Shown in pieces: positions 26,481 to 39,370 of a DNA stretch of 58,424 nucleotides; the stretch's first letter is position 1, and each line of letters opens with the position of its first letter. Origin of the DNA: Octopus bimaculoides (lineage: Eukaryota); the NCBI RefSeq assembly GCF_001194135.2, contig NC_068996.1, positions 45,141,299 to 45,199,722 of the forward strand, written 5' to 3'. Both the position numbers and the translations under genes were made by a program. The notes beneath the pieces were generated by a model. The model was not told the DNA's origin. It ran no database searches and was given only the letters and a program-made list of their open reading frames with translations.

Positions 26481-27195
26481 GTATTTTGAATTTTAATCTA
26501 CTTGTTCATCTTGTAGATTCAATGTTTTCAATATGTGTTATTTGTAAGATCTCATTAAATGTTAATTGGCTTAAATGTATAATTGGCACAAAAGATAAAA
26601 TGAAAATATAAATATCAGGTTGTTATACACGTCTGTGATTTAAATTATCAAAAAAATATAAGAACAAAATCGAACCGGAAAAACTGTTGAAGAAAATTTC
26701 TGCATCAAAATTATATCTTTAATGAGGAAAAAATGTACAAGCGTTAGAGATTTGTGATTCGCATGCAAACGTTACATAGTATAAAGTGTGTTCTATTAGT
26801 TTTACTAATATTTCTCAAATGATTATTTTACTGGTGCCCACGCTGGAGCCCCACATCTAAGGGTTCTTCTTCAATTATGTACGCTCCATTATTCTTATTT
26901 CAATTCAATATTTATTTGTTAAGTGTTCACCGACAACGAAAGCACTTATAATATGCGCCACTAATGCCAACATTTTTACAAATTCTCAAATATTGTGGTA
27001 GATGCCGTAAGAGGTAAATCTCTCAGATCCGTGAACGTGCAGAGTTATTCCTCACAGGAAGTGAGGGTAGAGCTTACGATCGGAAGAAGTGGCGAAGTCT
27101 AACAAGCCGGTCGTGCGTGTGTCACAGAGAGAGGGGGAGAAAGAAAGAAGGGAAGGAAGGAAAGGAAGAAGGGTGGATGAGAGAAAGAGAGGAAT

Positions 27196-27236
<41 letters not shown>

Positions 27237-27404
27237 AGGAAAGAAAGAAAGAAAGAGTCAGGATAGGACATTTGCAGCTAAGACTAAGTCTTAGGGTATC
27301 GATCATAAGAAAGTTAATACAAAACCGACGCCGCTGCGAAACAAAATTTTTAAACTCCACAACTAAACCTAAGCTTCAAAACTATTAACACACACCGCAT
27401 CATA

Positions 27405-27703
27405 TCTACCGTACGTTTCATCCTATTTGATCATCTCAATTTATCTCATCTTCTTCGTCCACTTATTTCCAGGCAAGTTATAGGAGCAGAGTCCTCAAGC
27501 ACGCCTCTCGTCGTGTCTTGTCTGAAACAACCGTTTCCTAATGATCCAGCTGCATCCCCAAGCGAGTCCAACCGAGTTCTTGGATCTTATCCAACCATCT
27601 TGCTCATGATTTAACCCTTAGTCTCCTATCAGCCGTTTTTTTTTCTTGTCTGTAAAACATGTTCAGCAATTCTTTCTTGAGAAATTCTTGCCACATATCC
27701 ATA
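27405..27703 (-). mobile_element. 3' end of RTE-like LINE, 5'-truncated
   Basis: Minus translation YGYVARISQERIAEHVLQT..ARWLDKIQELGWTRLG matches the LINE C-terminal GHV.R..RW.D motif. Confidence 0.65.
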
Positions 27704-27796
27704 GTAATTAACGCAATGAATTTACAGTGAATAAACATACACACATACAAATATACACATATATATTATAGATACACACACACACGCACACACACA

Positions 27797-27845
<49 letters not shown>

Positions 27846-28431
27846 NNNNNNNNNNNNNNNNNNNNNNNNNNNNNNNNNNNNNNNNNNNNNNNNNNNNNNN
27901 NNNNNNNNNNNNNNNNNNNNNNNNNNNNNNNNNNNNNNNNNNNNNNNNNNNNNNNNNNNNNNNNNNNNNNNNNNNNNNNNNNNNNNNNNNNNNNNNNNNN
28001 NNNNNNNNNNNNNNNNNNNNNNNNNNNNNNNNNNNNNNNNNNNNNNNNNNNNNNNNNNNNNNNNNNNNNNNNNNNNNNNNNNNNNNNNNNNNNNACACAC
28101 AGATATATATATATATATACGTACACACATCTTAGTTCGGAGAAACAGCGGCTCTGCTTGAAATATTTATCGTACAAATATCGAAATCGGTATTTAAGGA
28201 GAGGTTAAAATATGATTTACTCCAATATGTTTTTTTTAAACGGTGGTGTTGAGCATCACTAACAAAACATAAGCACATATATATATGCAGGCGAACAATT
28301 AGCACGTAATTCACCCGTTACGCGGAGGTTCATAGATATCAACTAACGCCAAAAATTATATAAACTCTACATAATATATTTGATTCTTGGTTTCTTTCGT
28401 TTGAAATAAATCAGCCTTCTGCCTTTAATTT

Positions 28432-28882
28432 TATTTCTTTATTGCCCACAAGGGGCTAAACATAGAGGGGACAAACAAGGACAGTCAAACGGATTAAGTC
28501 GATTACATCGACCTCAATGTGTAACTGGTACTTATTTTATCGACCCTGAAAGGATGAAAGGCAAAGTCGACCTCGGCGGAATTTGAACTCAGAACGTAAA
28601 GACAGACGAAATACCACTAAGCATTTCACCCAGCTTGCTAACATTTCTTATGTCTTTATTGCCCACAAGGGGCTAAACATAGAGGGGACAAAAAAGGACA
28701 GACAAAGGGGTTAAGTCAATTACATCGACCCCAGTGCGTAACTGGTACTTATTTAATCGACCCCAAAAGGATGAAAGGCAAAGTCGACTTCGGTGGAATT
28801 TGAACTCAGAACGTAAAGACAGACGAAATACCGCTAAGCATTTCGCCCGGCGTGCTAACGTTTCTGCCAGCTCGCCGCCTTC
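28432..28882 (-). mobile_element. Two head-to-tail copies of tRNA-like SINE family B
   Basis: 28432-28632 and 28650-28882 both contain ttgcccacaaggggctaaacatagagggg..ggatgaaaggcaaagtcgac.tcgg.ggaatttgaactcagaacg. The second is full length with minus-strand head ggcggcgagctggcagaaacgttagc. Confidence 0.85.
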
Positions 28883-29449
28883 TGTCGTTAATCTATCGTG
28901 AATACGCTTCTGAGATACTTCTCTACTTGTCTCAGTGATGTTGCATTAACATACAAAGTGTTTTGGGTAGGTTTTATGAGAGGATCAATGTCTCAATCTT
29001 CGCAACGCTAATTCTCACTCTAACTTGCATGAATGTTACGATTGCATTATTTTATTTCAGCAGAAGAAAATCTTATGATTGTAGAATTTTATTTCAGCAG
29101 AAGAAACTTACAAGCTGTTGCTCCGAGTATCACGTATCCAGTTATGAGATGCAAGCGAAATTTTGGAATAATAACTGTTTTACAATATTTCAAATAATCA
29201 AATGAATTTGTAAAATTTATTGAACATGAGTTGTGGCATTTCAAATTAAGGAAATCACCTGTGAAATCGGTATTGATAATAGAACTTCATGCAAAACTTA
29301 TGCAAAATGAACAGAAAGCAGTTTCAGGAAGACAGGAAGATATTCTAACTTCACATTCTAATTCATTTAAGTATCCGCAAAACAAAATTCATTTAAATAT
29401 CCGTAAAATAGGTCATTAAAAGTTCGTTAAAGTAAAGAAAGGATGTGGT

Positions 29450-29850
29450 TCCGTTCTTTTTAAATATCGTTGGTCAGCTTTAGAAAGAGCAAAACCTTAT
29501 ATACGTTACGCTTACCAGCATTATTATACTGGATGGTCTTTATGTTTAAATGAGAAGTATTTCATTCTGTTCCGGGACAGATCGGCTTTAAGCCGAAAAT
29601 CCAAATAGCTGAACTGTTTCAAACATTCTTCCAGATTGTTTTTTCGAACCTTATTCACCAAACGCAAAATCCAGAGCAAGTGCCACAATGCAATTTGTCG
29701 ACGACCTAAAAGAAAGCCCTTAAATTCTTTGGGAACTGAGACACATTTTTGACAAGATTATGATCAAATAGGATTTCTAAATATTTCATCAGATCTACAG
29801 TGCACCTATATGCAAATATATGCATATACTCTTATCATACGGAATAGTTA
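29450..29850 (-). mobile_element. Highly decayed CR1/L2-like LINE fragment (post-RT region)
   Basis: Minus frames give SICIYLHIG, VDLMKYLEILFDHNL, VDKLHCGTCS and NNLEECLKQFS, resembling KC.VLHIG / KYLG..FD.NL / KL.Y.S.VW / KLE.VQ..F. Confidence 0.45.
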
Positions 29851-31160
29851 GAAATTTACATATACGTATATTACTCGAATATATACGTAGTACACGATTT
29901 CATTTAACTTGAAGTTTCACATATTTTTTCACACACATTTGTATACATACACAGAAAGATAAACTCATGCACGCTCATAATATTTGGAGAATTCAGCTGG
30001 GCTATGATAAGTGATAAATACATAAATACATCATCGGTAATTTCGCTGCTTGGTTAATTTCAACGACAACTTTTAATGCCATTACAATGTAATTACACCG
30101 CGAGTTAAAATAGCATCGGTAAATCTATCGTAATACGTATTTATCCGTGAATCAAACTCATCGTTAAACATTCTCGATCTTTTACATCATTTTTAATGCA
30201 AAAACGCAGAAAAAAGGTGAGAGAGAGAGAGAGAGAGAGAGAAGGGGGGTGAGAGAGAAATTTAAGACAAAAGTATGAATAGCAAATGTATTAAATGAAT
30301 GACAAATCAAAGTTAATCTTGAAAATAAAAACCCGCAGAGTAACTGATTGAATAACTAAATAACTAGATAACTAATAAATTAATTAATCACAATAGTTAA
30401 AAGGTATCACTAACATAAATTGGTGGAAAAATAACAAAATACATTTATAAGGGAGAAATTATGAGCAATTTCTATTAAATAACCCAATGTGTTGCGAATT
30501 TTATATTCATTGACGTTGCATTGAATTTTCCTTATGGTAACTTTATATTTTCATTCCGTGAAGTGAAATTTCTGCATCAGCGATATGCTGCTCGATTACT
30601 GCTTCGATTCTAGATTATTCCTTTCTCAAGATTTCTAAAAAATTCCAAGTCGTAGGGATGCAATTTTATTTATTTTTGCGCTTTTATCTTTGAACGTTTT
30701 GTACATTATTAACAATGATTGATGTCATATTTACTCTACCGATAAGAAGTGTATGGCTGAATATACCGATGACGTATTAGCACGTATCAGAACTATCTTG
30801 AGATTAAAAATTATCTGGCAATAAAAAAACGTAATTAATGCAATGAATTTACAGCGAATTAACATACACACATACTAATATACACATATACATTATAGAT
30901 ACACACACACAAACACACACACATATATACATACATAAATACATACATGCACACACACCGGCAGACACACATACACACATAGATGCATTCATACATGCAT
31001 ACATACACACCTACATACATACATACATACATACATACATACATACATACAAACACTAGACCACACACATATGGGTAAGAGGCTGAAAGTGAGAGAAAAA
31101 TCAGAGACGGGGTGAAATAAATGGGTATTCCATAAGGTAAATATATATACAATAGATAGT

Positions 31161-31199
<39 letters not shown>

Positions 31200-31869
31200 G
31201 CATATAGTTTTGACTAAATGACATTAGCGTACCCTACATGCACCAATAAAACTGGCTTCCAATTACGGCTGCAGAATTGCTATTGTGCATGCTTCTGGAC
31301 GGTTCCGATTAGTTTATAGCTCATAAATATCCGAATGCATACGTACATACATACTCATATATATAATAAATAAACTAGAGTTTACTTGCCAAGACATGCT
31401 CACTAAGTAATACGTTCACACAGAGAAAGAGTCACGCGTATAAAAACACATATGTTACAAATACTCACGTGTACACACACACACTCAAGATAAACACAAT
31501 GACGCTCCTGAACGGAGCAACATACATATATTGACATACATATATACATAGAAACACACATATACACAGCATGATGATGACCATAATCCGCGTAATAAAT
31601 TTCCGAAATGAAAAGATTCAGTAGCCATACGACTTCATATCAACGCTCACAGATACTTGGCGCCAATTTCCAGACAATGGAATGTCTTTAAGAGTGGTCA
31701 TTACTCAAAAGAATTCTACAAAACAATAAACAGCAAGAAAACAATCGCCAGCAAACAACACTTACAGGAACAAACATTGTTATATATATGCGTGTATACA
31801 ATTACATACACACAAACACATATGCGTATGTAGAATGTAATTAAGTATGTTTCCGTGTATAATCACAGC

Positions 31870-32220
31870 AGAGGGTGTGCAGTTAAGAAATTCGATCCGC
31901 GACCTTGTGCTTTAGAGCTGATTCCCTGTGCCAGACACTTTAGGTAAATGTCTACTACAATAGATCACATGACCAATGTCATGTGAGTCGATTTGATAGA
32001 CGGGTGCTGTGGGGGAAGACGGTTATAAACGAGTGTGTATTTAAGTAAGTATGTATATAGGAACTTTTGTGTTTTTCTTCCTCCACTTGACAATCGGTGC
32101 TGTTGGTTTGTCTACGTACCAGTAAACCCGATTCGACCAAGAAAAGAAAACCGGTAGAATAAATCGAGATTGAAATAACTGATAAGGACTATCTTTAGCA
32201 TGGTGTCCCGTAGGCGTGAA
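31870..32220 (+). mobile_element. Strongly decayed SINE family A copy
   Basis: Residual order of family A motifs (gtgcagttaagaaa..cacttt..gtgagtcgatttgatagacg..cacttgacaatcggtgctg..ccggtagaataa). Confidence 0.55.
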
Positions 32221-32659
32221 CAGAAGTAGGCATACAGTTTAATATGAGTGGAATATTCCTTTTCATTTCAAATTTAAAAAATAGAGATTCCAATGGAAAC
32301 TGTAGGAGAATTTAATTTACCAGGAGAACAGTTGAATTGGGGTTGGAATATTCTAAAAACACTAGATAGGATAAAAGAAATCTGAACTATATCATCTATT
32401 GGTATAGATGTTTAGTATGATATAAGCCTTAGAATATAACGACCCAGCTTTTGCTTTTTTCTACCATAATAAACAATTACGTAAAATATGGACTATGTTG
32501 AGTTTGTTTAAAAGCGAAAATTTATGATTACGATAATGAAAAATAATATTTACTGAGCAAGTGAGTATTATTAGAAGGATAAAGGATGCAAAGGAAAATA
32601 AAGTCTAACCTAACAGAAAGATTACACCAATTGGGAATCATCTATGTAGATATCCTATA

Positions 32660-32696
32660 ATGACATGGAGAAAAACACGGGCGGTTTTTCCGCTAG
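32660..32696 (+). mobile_element. Orphan Helitron-like 3' terminus
   Basis: gaaaaac-acgggcg-gtttttc hairpin followed by cgCTAG|T; shares tttccgctagt with the Helitron end at 50031. Confidence 0.3.
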
Positions 32697-33689
32697 TAAA
32701 CATTAAATAACAGTAGAAGCATAGAACAATAGTATAACAATAAAAGATTCTAGAAATGAGAAGAAACGCATCAAATGTTACGGAACAAACCATGGACGGC
32801 CCTGTATGGCAATGACACCCAAAATCCAATTGTCTTCTCTGGGATCTTGCCGCCAACCTAAATTATATAAGTAATGCTTGCCTATTTAATCATACCAATA
32901 TTGCCACTCTCATCAACATTTCATGAAATATATGTTGTGTATCGAGATTACACACTCTTTTTCGTCAAACCTTAATTTTCGAGCATTAGTAGAAGAAACC
33001 GCTGTGGGCCTCAACCTCTGTTTTGTACGCCACGCTTTTTCTTTCGCCTTAACCATCAGAAACAGAAATATTAATCGTTCTTCTTTCCTCTATATATTAC
33101 TGCGAGGAATGGTATTTTTAATGACGTTCACATATATATATATATATANNNNNNNNNNNNNNNNNNNNNNNNNNNNNNNNNNNNNNNNNNNNNNNNNNNN
33201 NNNNNNNNNNNNNNNNNNNNNNNNNNNNNNNNNNNNNNNNNNNNNNNNNNNNNNNNNNNNNNNNNNNNNNNNNNNNNNNNNNNNNNNNNNNNNNNNNNNN
33301 NNNNNNNNNNNNNNNNNNNNNNNNNNNNNNNNNNNNNNNNNNNNNNNNNNNNNNNNNNNNNNNNNNNNNNNNNNNNNNNNNNNNNNNNNNNNNNNNNNNN
33401 NNNNNNNNNNNNNNNNNNNNNNNNNNNNNNNNNNNNNNNNNNNNNNNNNNNNNNNNNNNNNNNNNNNNNNNNNNNNNNNNNNNNNNNNNNNNNNNNNNNN
33501 NNNNNNNNNNNNNNNNNNNNNNNNNNNNNNNNNNNNNNNNNNNNNNNNNNNNNNNNNNNNNNNNNNNNNATTTATATGTATGTATACATGTATGTGTCTC
33601 TGTATGTATGAATATATGTGTGTATGTGTGTATGTATCTATGTGTGTATGTATATATGTATGTATATGTATATCTATGTGTCATTTCTT

Positions 33690-33913
33690 TACTACCCACA
33701 AGGGGCTACACACAGAGGGGACAAACAAGGACATACAAACGTATTAAGTCGATTATATCGACCCCAGTGCGTAACTGGTACTTATTTAATCGACCCTGAA
33801 AGGATGAAAGGTAAAGTCGACCTCGGCGGAATTTGAACTCAGAACGTAGCAACGGACGAAATACCGCTAAGCATTTCGTCCGGCGTGCTAACGTTTCTGC
33901 CAGCTCGCCGCCG
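33690..33913 (-). mobile_element. SINE family B, near full length
   Basis: Near-identical motifs to 28650-28882. Confidence 0.85.
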
Positions 33914-34029
33914 TGTGTATCTATGTGTGTATGTATTCATGTATGTATGTATGTTCAATTCTCTACTTCTACCGCATTCTGTAATTTTGCATGAAGCTAA
34001 GTAAAACAAATTTGAAAACAATTCAGAAA

Positions 34030-34200
34030 AAAAACTGTGTAATAAAATGGAAGCAAAGAAAAAGAAAAAGCATTGTTACACTTGAAATAAGCGAACCGAT
34101 TTGTACAAGGAAGAATGTTGAGGTTTGTGATGCACTGGATCTATCCTCGTTTTGTAGCCATCGAAATATTGTACATATTCCAAAAAAGAATTGATGTAAC
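34030..34200 (+). mobile_element. Possible decayed pogo/Tigger transposase N-terminal HTH fragment
   Basis: KQRKRKSIVTLEI resembles the KRK..ITLE.K start of CENP-B/psq HTH domains; weak. Confidence 0.25.
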
Positions 34201-34489
34201 GAAACGCCGCTGACGACAAAAATATGACTTAATAGCTTTTATTGTCATGTGCGAAGCATCAATATAATCCTGACTTCAGATGCTTCTACAGCAGTTTGGC
34301 CTTTAGAAATCATAGTTTGGCCTTTGTGTAATAATCTGTATAGATTTCCATGCTTTTAATTGAAACACCGTAATTTCCACATTTGCAATAATATCGATGT
34401 TTGAAAGAAATGCATGTATGTATGTATGTATGTATGTATGTATGTATGTATGTCATTATTCAGTTTTATTTCAATGTTTTTTTGCCAAT

Positions 34490-36650
34490 AGAGAAAGAGT
34501 AACTGCAGGTTTCTCAATTCGGCGTGGACATTCTTTTTCACTGATCTTCAGTTTTATGCTAACATCCGCTAGGTAGCTAATTTCCACAACTGTACACAGT
34601 TTCTCTTCTCTCCTAAATCATTATATCAGGTCTTTTGTGCTTAAATTTTACAGAGGTTTTCACTGAGACATTCTACCAGCACTGCTTTAGATGTTACCAG
34701 CCTCAAGTATGCACACTTGGTCAAGGGATGCACTTCGACACTTGCTGGTTAAAAAATGTTGCAGAAGGGATATGATACGATATTCAAAGGCATTTTGGAT
34801 CGATGTTAAGCCTCTGCCGCCTTGTTTTCTCTTTAGGTAATGGCGGTCTACGTCACTGTTTATGTGGAAATTGTCTGTTAGTATTTTCCGTATTTTCACA
34901 TCAATAGCTCGGATGTCATTAAGCGTCCAATCAAGCAACCAAAATGTTGGTATGAGTACTGGCACTGCAAACACATTGTGCGTCACTGTTTTATTGAATG
35001 CAGAGAGTTCTGAGGTCCAAATTTTCTTCATTCGGCTGTAATATTCTTTAGTGACACGTATTTTGTCACAGGTGCCCTTGTAAGATATGTTTTCATCCAT
35101 CCCCAGATACCTGTAGCATGCGTTATCAAATATATGGGAGACAGTAAAATCATTGATAGGTATGTTGCTGGTCAGGTTTACAGTTTTGCCCCTTTTCACA
35201 ACCATATAACAACATTTATCCTGACCAAACTCCAACCCTATATCCTTTGAGAATGTTGTAACGAGGTCAAGGCTCTTTTTCATATAGTTTCAAGTCATCT
35301 ACAAAGAAGCAATGTGTAATTTTGGTATTTCTGTTTCCTCATGAACCAGTCAGACATCTTTCAAATTTCCTTAACGTGAACGAAATGGGGTTTACAGAAA
35401 ATATAAACAAAATTTCAGAAAGGCTGTCTCCTTGAAAGAAACCTGTTGCGATATTGTATTCTATAAGTGAATTCTATAAGATAAAACCGTCAATCCTTGT
35501 GTTTAATTTCAAGATGATGGCCCACGATGAATTCAAATCAGCTATGGCCTTAACTATGCTTACTGGAACTTTAGCAAGTTGAAGAGTTTCTAGCATCCAT
35601 GAAGGGGGAATAGATTTAAAGGCTTTCTTGTAGTCTAGCCACATTGAAACTAGGTTCCTTCTATACTCTCACACCTCTGATATCACAATTTTGTTGATTA
35701 ACAATTGCTCGGCACATGTCCAGACTTCCTTCCTCTCAGTTGCTTGTGATGATGTTATTGGTTTCACAATGTTCCGAAAGGAAGAGTTTTAAACATGCTG
35801 TATATATCTTATACATTAAGTTCTAGCATACAACTGACCGGTAGTGTTTTGCTATGTGGGTGGTTCTGCATTTGAGGATCAGTTTTGTCTCTGCCAGAGC
35901 TAACTAGTATGGTATGCTGCTCTTCGCACTGAGAGCTTGCTGGTCCAGATTGATAAGATATGATCTCTTCCAGGTGCTTTTCTATCCCGGAGTTTCTGGA
36001 TCACATAACACTTAGAAGCGTATCAACATCTATGCTGTATATCTTGGGTGTAATACAGGAGCAATAACTTCTTCGGATTTCTTCGAGACACAGAGCATCC
36101 TGGTTAAAATCCTTCTCTTCACTCCAGATTTTCCTCTAGGAGGAGTCTTTGCCTTCTCGTGAGGGAGCTTCTGTGATGTTCACTGCTTTTCCTCTTATAC
36201 TGCTGCCTGGTTGCAGTTGAATTTTTTGTTTATTGTTCACTCGATTATTCTCTTCTGATGCCGGAGTTTTTCACTGACAGTTTTTAGCTACTGCTTGAGG
36301 GTAATCAGTTTGCAAGTGAGTGTTCCCTTTTTGCTGTCTCCAAACATCATTTCTATCTCCTTTACTTTCGCTATGACTGATGGCCTTCCGTAAATCAGTT
36401 ATCTTTTTCTTTGTCTTCAAAACCCATGGTGGTACTTCCTTTGTTGTTTCAGTTTTATTCACTTTTTGAAGGTCATTCATGTACTGCTTTGCAGTAGTAA
36501 CCAGTGCATATAGACAAGTGTTAATCTGCCAGAATGTGGGTTTATTACACTGTGGTTAATACTTCTCTCCAATTTCATTAACAGCTTTTAATACCTATCT
36601 GGTGGATTGTTACTTACTTTGGTAAAATATACTGTATCCTCGATAGAGTA
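34490..36650 (-). mobile_element. R4/Dong-like RLE non-LTR retrotransposon relic with RT, post-RT region and RLE fragment; stops, frameshifts and an internal deletion
   Basis: Minus translation gives KEVPPWVLKTKKKITDLRK, NLMYKIYTACL, NLVSMWLDYKKAF, TGFFQGDSLS, HCFFVDDLK (RT catalytic motif), FSKDIGLEFGQDKC, YRYLG, SELSAFNK..NVFAVPVL, FHINSDVDRHYLKRKQGGRGL and then KRPDIM..AELRNLQLL. Confidence 0.9.
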
Positions 36651-36664
36651 CTTCAAAGCCATAT

Positions 36665-36785
36665 ATGTACGTACGTACGTATGTATGTATGTATGTATGT
36701 ATGTATGTATGTATGTATGTATGTATGAATGTATGTATGTATGTATGCATGTATGTATGCATGTATGTATGTATTATGTATGTAT
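36665..36785 (+). repeat. (TATG)n microsatellite
   Basis: Direct reading. Confidence 0.95.
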
Positions 36786-37294
36786 GATGGCTGTCTACTC
36801 GTAGACGAGCATGACTCTCTGACACGTTAACTTGGGTCAGCAGTGTCCATACATCAGATCGTTTATTCAGACACAGTACAATAAGACTCATGTAATCTAA
36901 TATATCCCTCTTATTGTTGAGTAATGTACAATGTTTATTCAAATGTTTCTTTATAGTTGCTCTCGATATTTTTTTCCTGTAACTGATTTAATCCATTACG
37001 AACCGCTATTTTATCGGACGGTCACAATAACTATTTAAACAATAACATTAGAATACCATCGGCGCCACGTCATTCTGAAACGAGTTCGTTTAATTTACTT
37101 CGTTAACCGAGAACTGCATGTAACATATATTGCGGTATATTGTTCGTATGTCAGTTGCTAAGTCACAGTCTGTATGAGTAGAAGCTAGAAAACATTCAAA
37201 CCTTGAGCGACTGTTTCTGTCTTTTGTTCACTATCAATATTTGTGTCGATATTTATTTGATCCGAAGGAACTAATATACTCTGTGTTCAGCCTT

Positions 37295-37720
37295 AAGAAC
37301 TACAGGCGCGTTTAATACTTGCGCTTGACATAAATCTAGTTTGTTGTGTTTCATAATATTTTTTATATCGACACCAAATTAGATGTGCAGCTTCATAGAC
37401 CATTGTTATTGGAAATCGTATTTGTCGGTCCATAAAAGTAGAGGGGTAAGAAGATTTACTGAGTGTGTAGGGATTGCCCAATATTACTCAAAAGCGTGTG
37501 GCATTAAATATGATGAATATTCTTTTCAAACCCATTTTATTACATGCATCTGATGTATCAACAGCTCCATTTAATTCTGGCTGATATGAAAGCAATTTCA
37601 AAGTCTTATATCCGATCTCGTCAAATCATGTACCCAAGTCATTATTACGAAATTCACTGACTTTGTCAGACCCTAATATTTCAGAAACACTATTTATGGC
37701 AATGATAGTTGTGAATATTT
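37295..37720 (-). mobile_element. Decayed retroviral-type (Gypsy/Ginger) integrase core
   Basis: Minus translation VSEILGSDKVSEFRNNDLGT*FDEIGYKTLKLLSYQPELNGAVD and later SSYPSTFMDRQIRFP match rve motifs PE.L.SD.G.EF / Y.P..NG.VE / SP..LM.GRQ.R.P. Confidence 0.6.
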
Positions 37721-38664
37721 ACCTGATTGTTACGGCTTCTTAATTCTTGATTCATATTACTGTTGATTCCTATATGAAAATTTTATCAACAAGTATTAAG
37801 AAAATTCTAGGGTATTACAATAAGTATGATTATATATGCACACATATCCGAACTTCAACTTATTTATATGTGCGTGTACTTTTGGCGGGTAATTTCGGTA
37901 TTCTAGGATATGTAGGACATCCTATTTTATCACTGCAGATCTTCACAATCTCAAAGCTTTTAATTTTCAACGTATTCTTGTTGCATTTGAGTCATAATCG
38001 CATCATTATCTCGCTTTTCTAATTAATGTTCTCAAAATGAACATTAATTAATAATATCTTCATCTTTTAATATATTTTTCACTAACTTAAATAGATTTCA
38101 AAAACAGAATAATTATTCCAATTATTATTAAAAACCCTTTTCGATATACATGATAAAAATTATCCTTGGAAATCTCAAATTCTTATATTTTCACATTCTA
38201 TAACAGTCTTTACTTGATCGATGAAAACTACGTCATTGTCACAATTTTAACATTATCAATATATTTTAATTGTGATAAAACATCAATATTCCGCTAATTC
38301 AGATTTCCTTCTGTAAGTTCTCTAATAATGGAACTCTAATGTCCACGTTACTTTCAATAAACAACAATTGTTAAAAATGAATTTCAGTGACGCGTGACCA
38401 AAAACCAAGAGAACATTTCAATCAAACATAGAATACCGTATTATTCAATTCCACTGTGATGTCACCAAATCTTCCCTTTCAATATATGCGTGTCTGTTCT
38501 CAACTATCGTTAAGGCTCTTGACAAATAGATCTCAAAATGGCCGTCTGGCGAAGGTATTCCTTATGTAGCTTTTACATTTGTGTCAGTTGTTATCGTCAT
38601 TTCTATCGCTAAACTTCTGAGTTAGATACTAACATCTTCACGTAGTTTCCTAACAAATTTGAAT

Positions 38665-39025
38665 GGTGTGGCTGTGTGGCAAAAGCTTACTTCCCAACCA
38701 CATGGTTCCCGCTTCAGTGGCACCTTGGAGATGTGTCTTCTAATATATCCGCGGACCGACCAAAACCTTGTGAATGGATTTGGCAGGTGGAAACTGAAAG
38801 AAACTCGTAGTATATATGTATATATGTCTATGTGATGTGTATGCGTGTCTTTGTGTCTGTGTTTGCCTCCCACCACCGCTTCACAACTGGCGTTGGTGTG
38901 TTTACTTCCCTGTAACTTAGCGTTTCGGCAAAAAGAGCCCAATAGAATAAGTACTTGCCTATTAAAAAATAAGTACTGAGAGTCTGCAGTATAATGACTG
39001 AAACAAGTAAAAGATAAAAGATAAA
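38665..39025 (+). mobile_element. SINE family A, full length
   Basis: ggtgtggctgtgtggcaaaagcttacttcccaaccacatggttc..gactgaaacaagtaaaagataaaaga. Confidence 0.85.
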
Positions 39026-39370
39026 AGATATTTGCGAAGAATCCTATGAGATACTCTTGCATCATTTCAAAACTGTAGTATTTCATAAAATACCACATTT
39101 TGAACGAAGATAAGCAGTTATTTGCAGTAATAACAATTAACAATAAATTTTCGATTCATATTAAAAAGCAGAAAAAAAAAGAACAATTCTGAATATTTCT
39201 TGTCTTTTGTCTGTTTTACATCCATATTTCTCAATACTTAATGGTAATATGGTCATAAGCCCACATTTATCTTTCTACATTCCGAAAAGACAATTCATCA
39301 GTTTCTAACAAAAATGTCACTGAATTGACTAACATATTTTATGATCGTATTTATTTTGATATATAGGTTT

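Noticed and set aside
29530-29710. 59-codon minus-strand frame RRQIALWHLLWILR.. as a host exon
   Set aside because: Adjacent frames carry CR1/L2-type motifs, so it is better explained as a LINE relic.
32300-32390. VGEFNLPGEQLNW resembling the APE endonuclease GDFNLP motif
   Set aside because: Single short motif without other recognisable endonuclease blocks.
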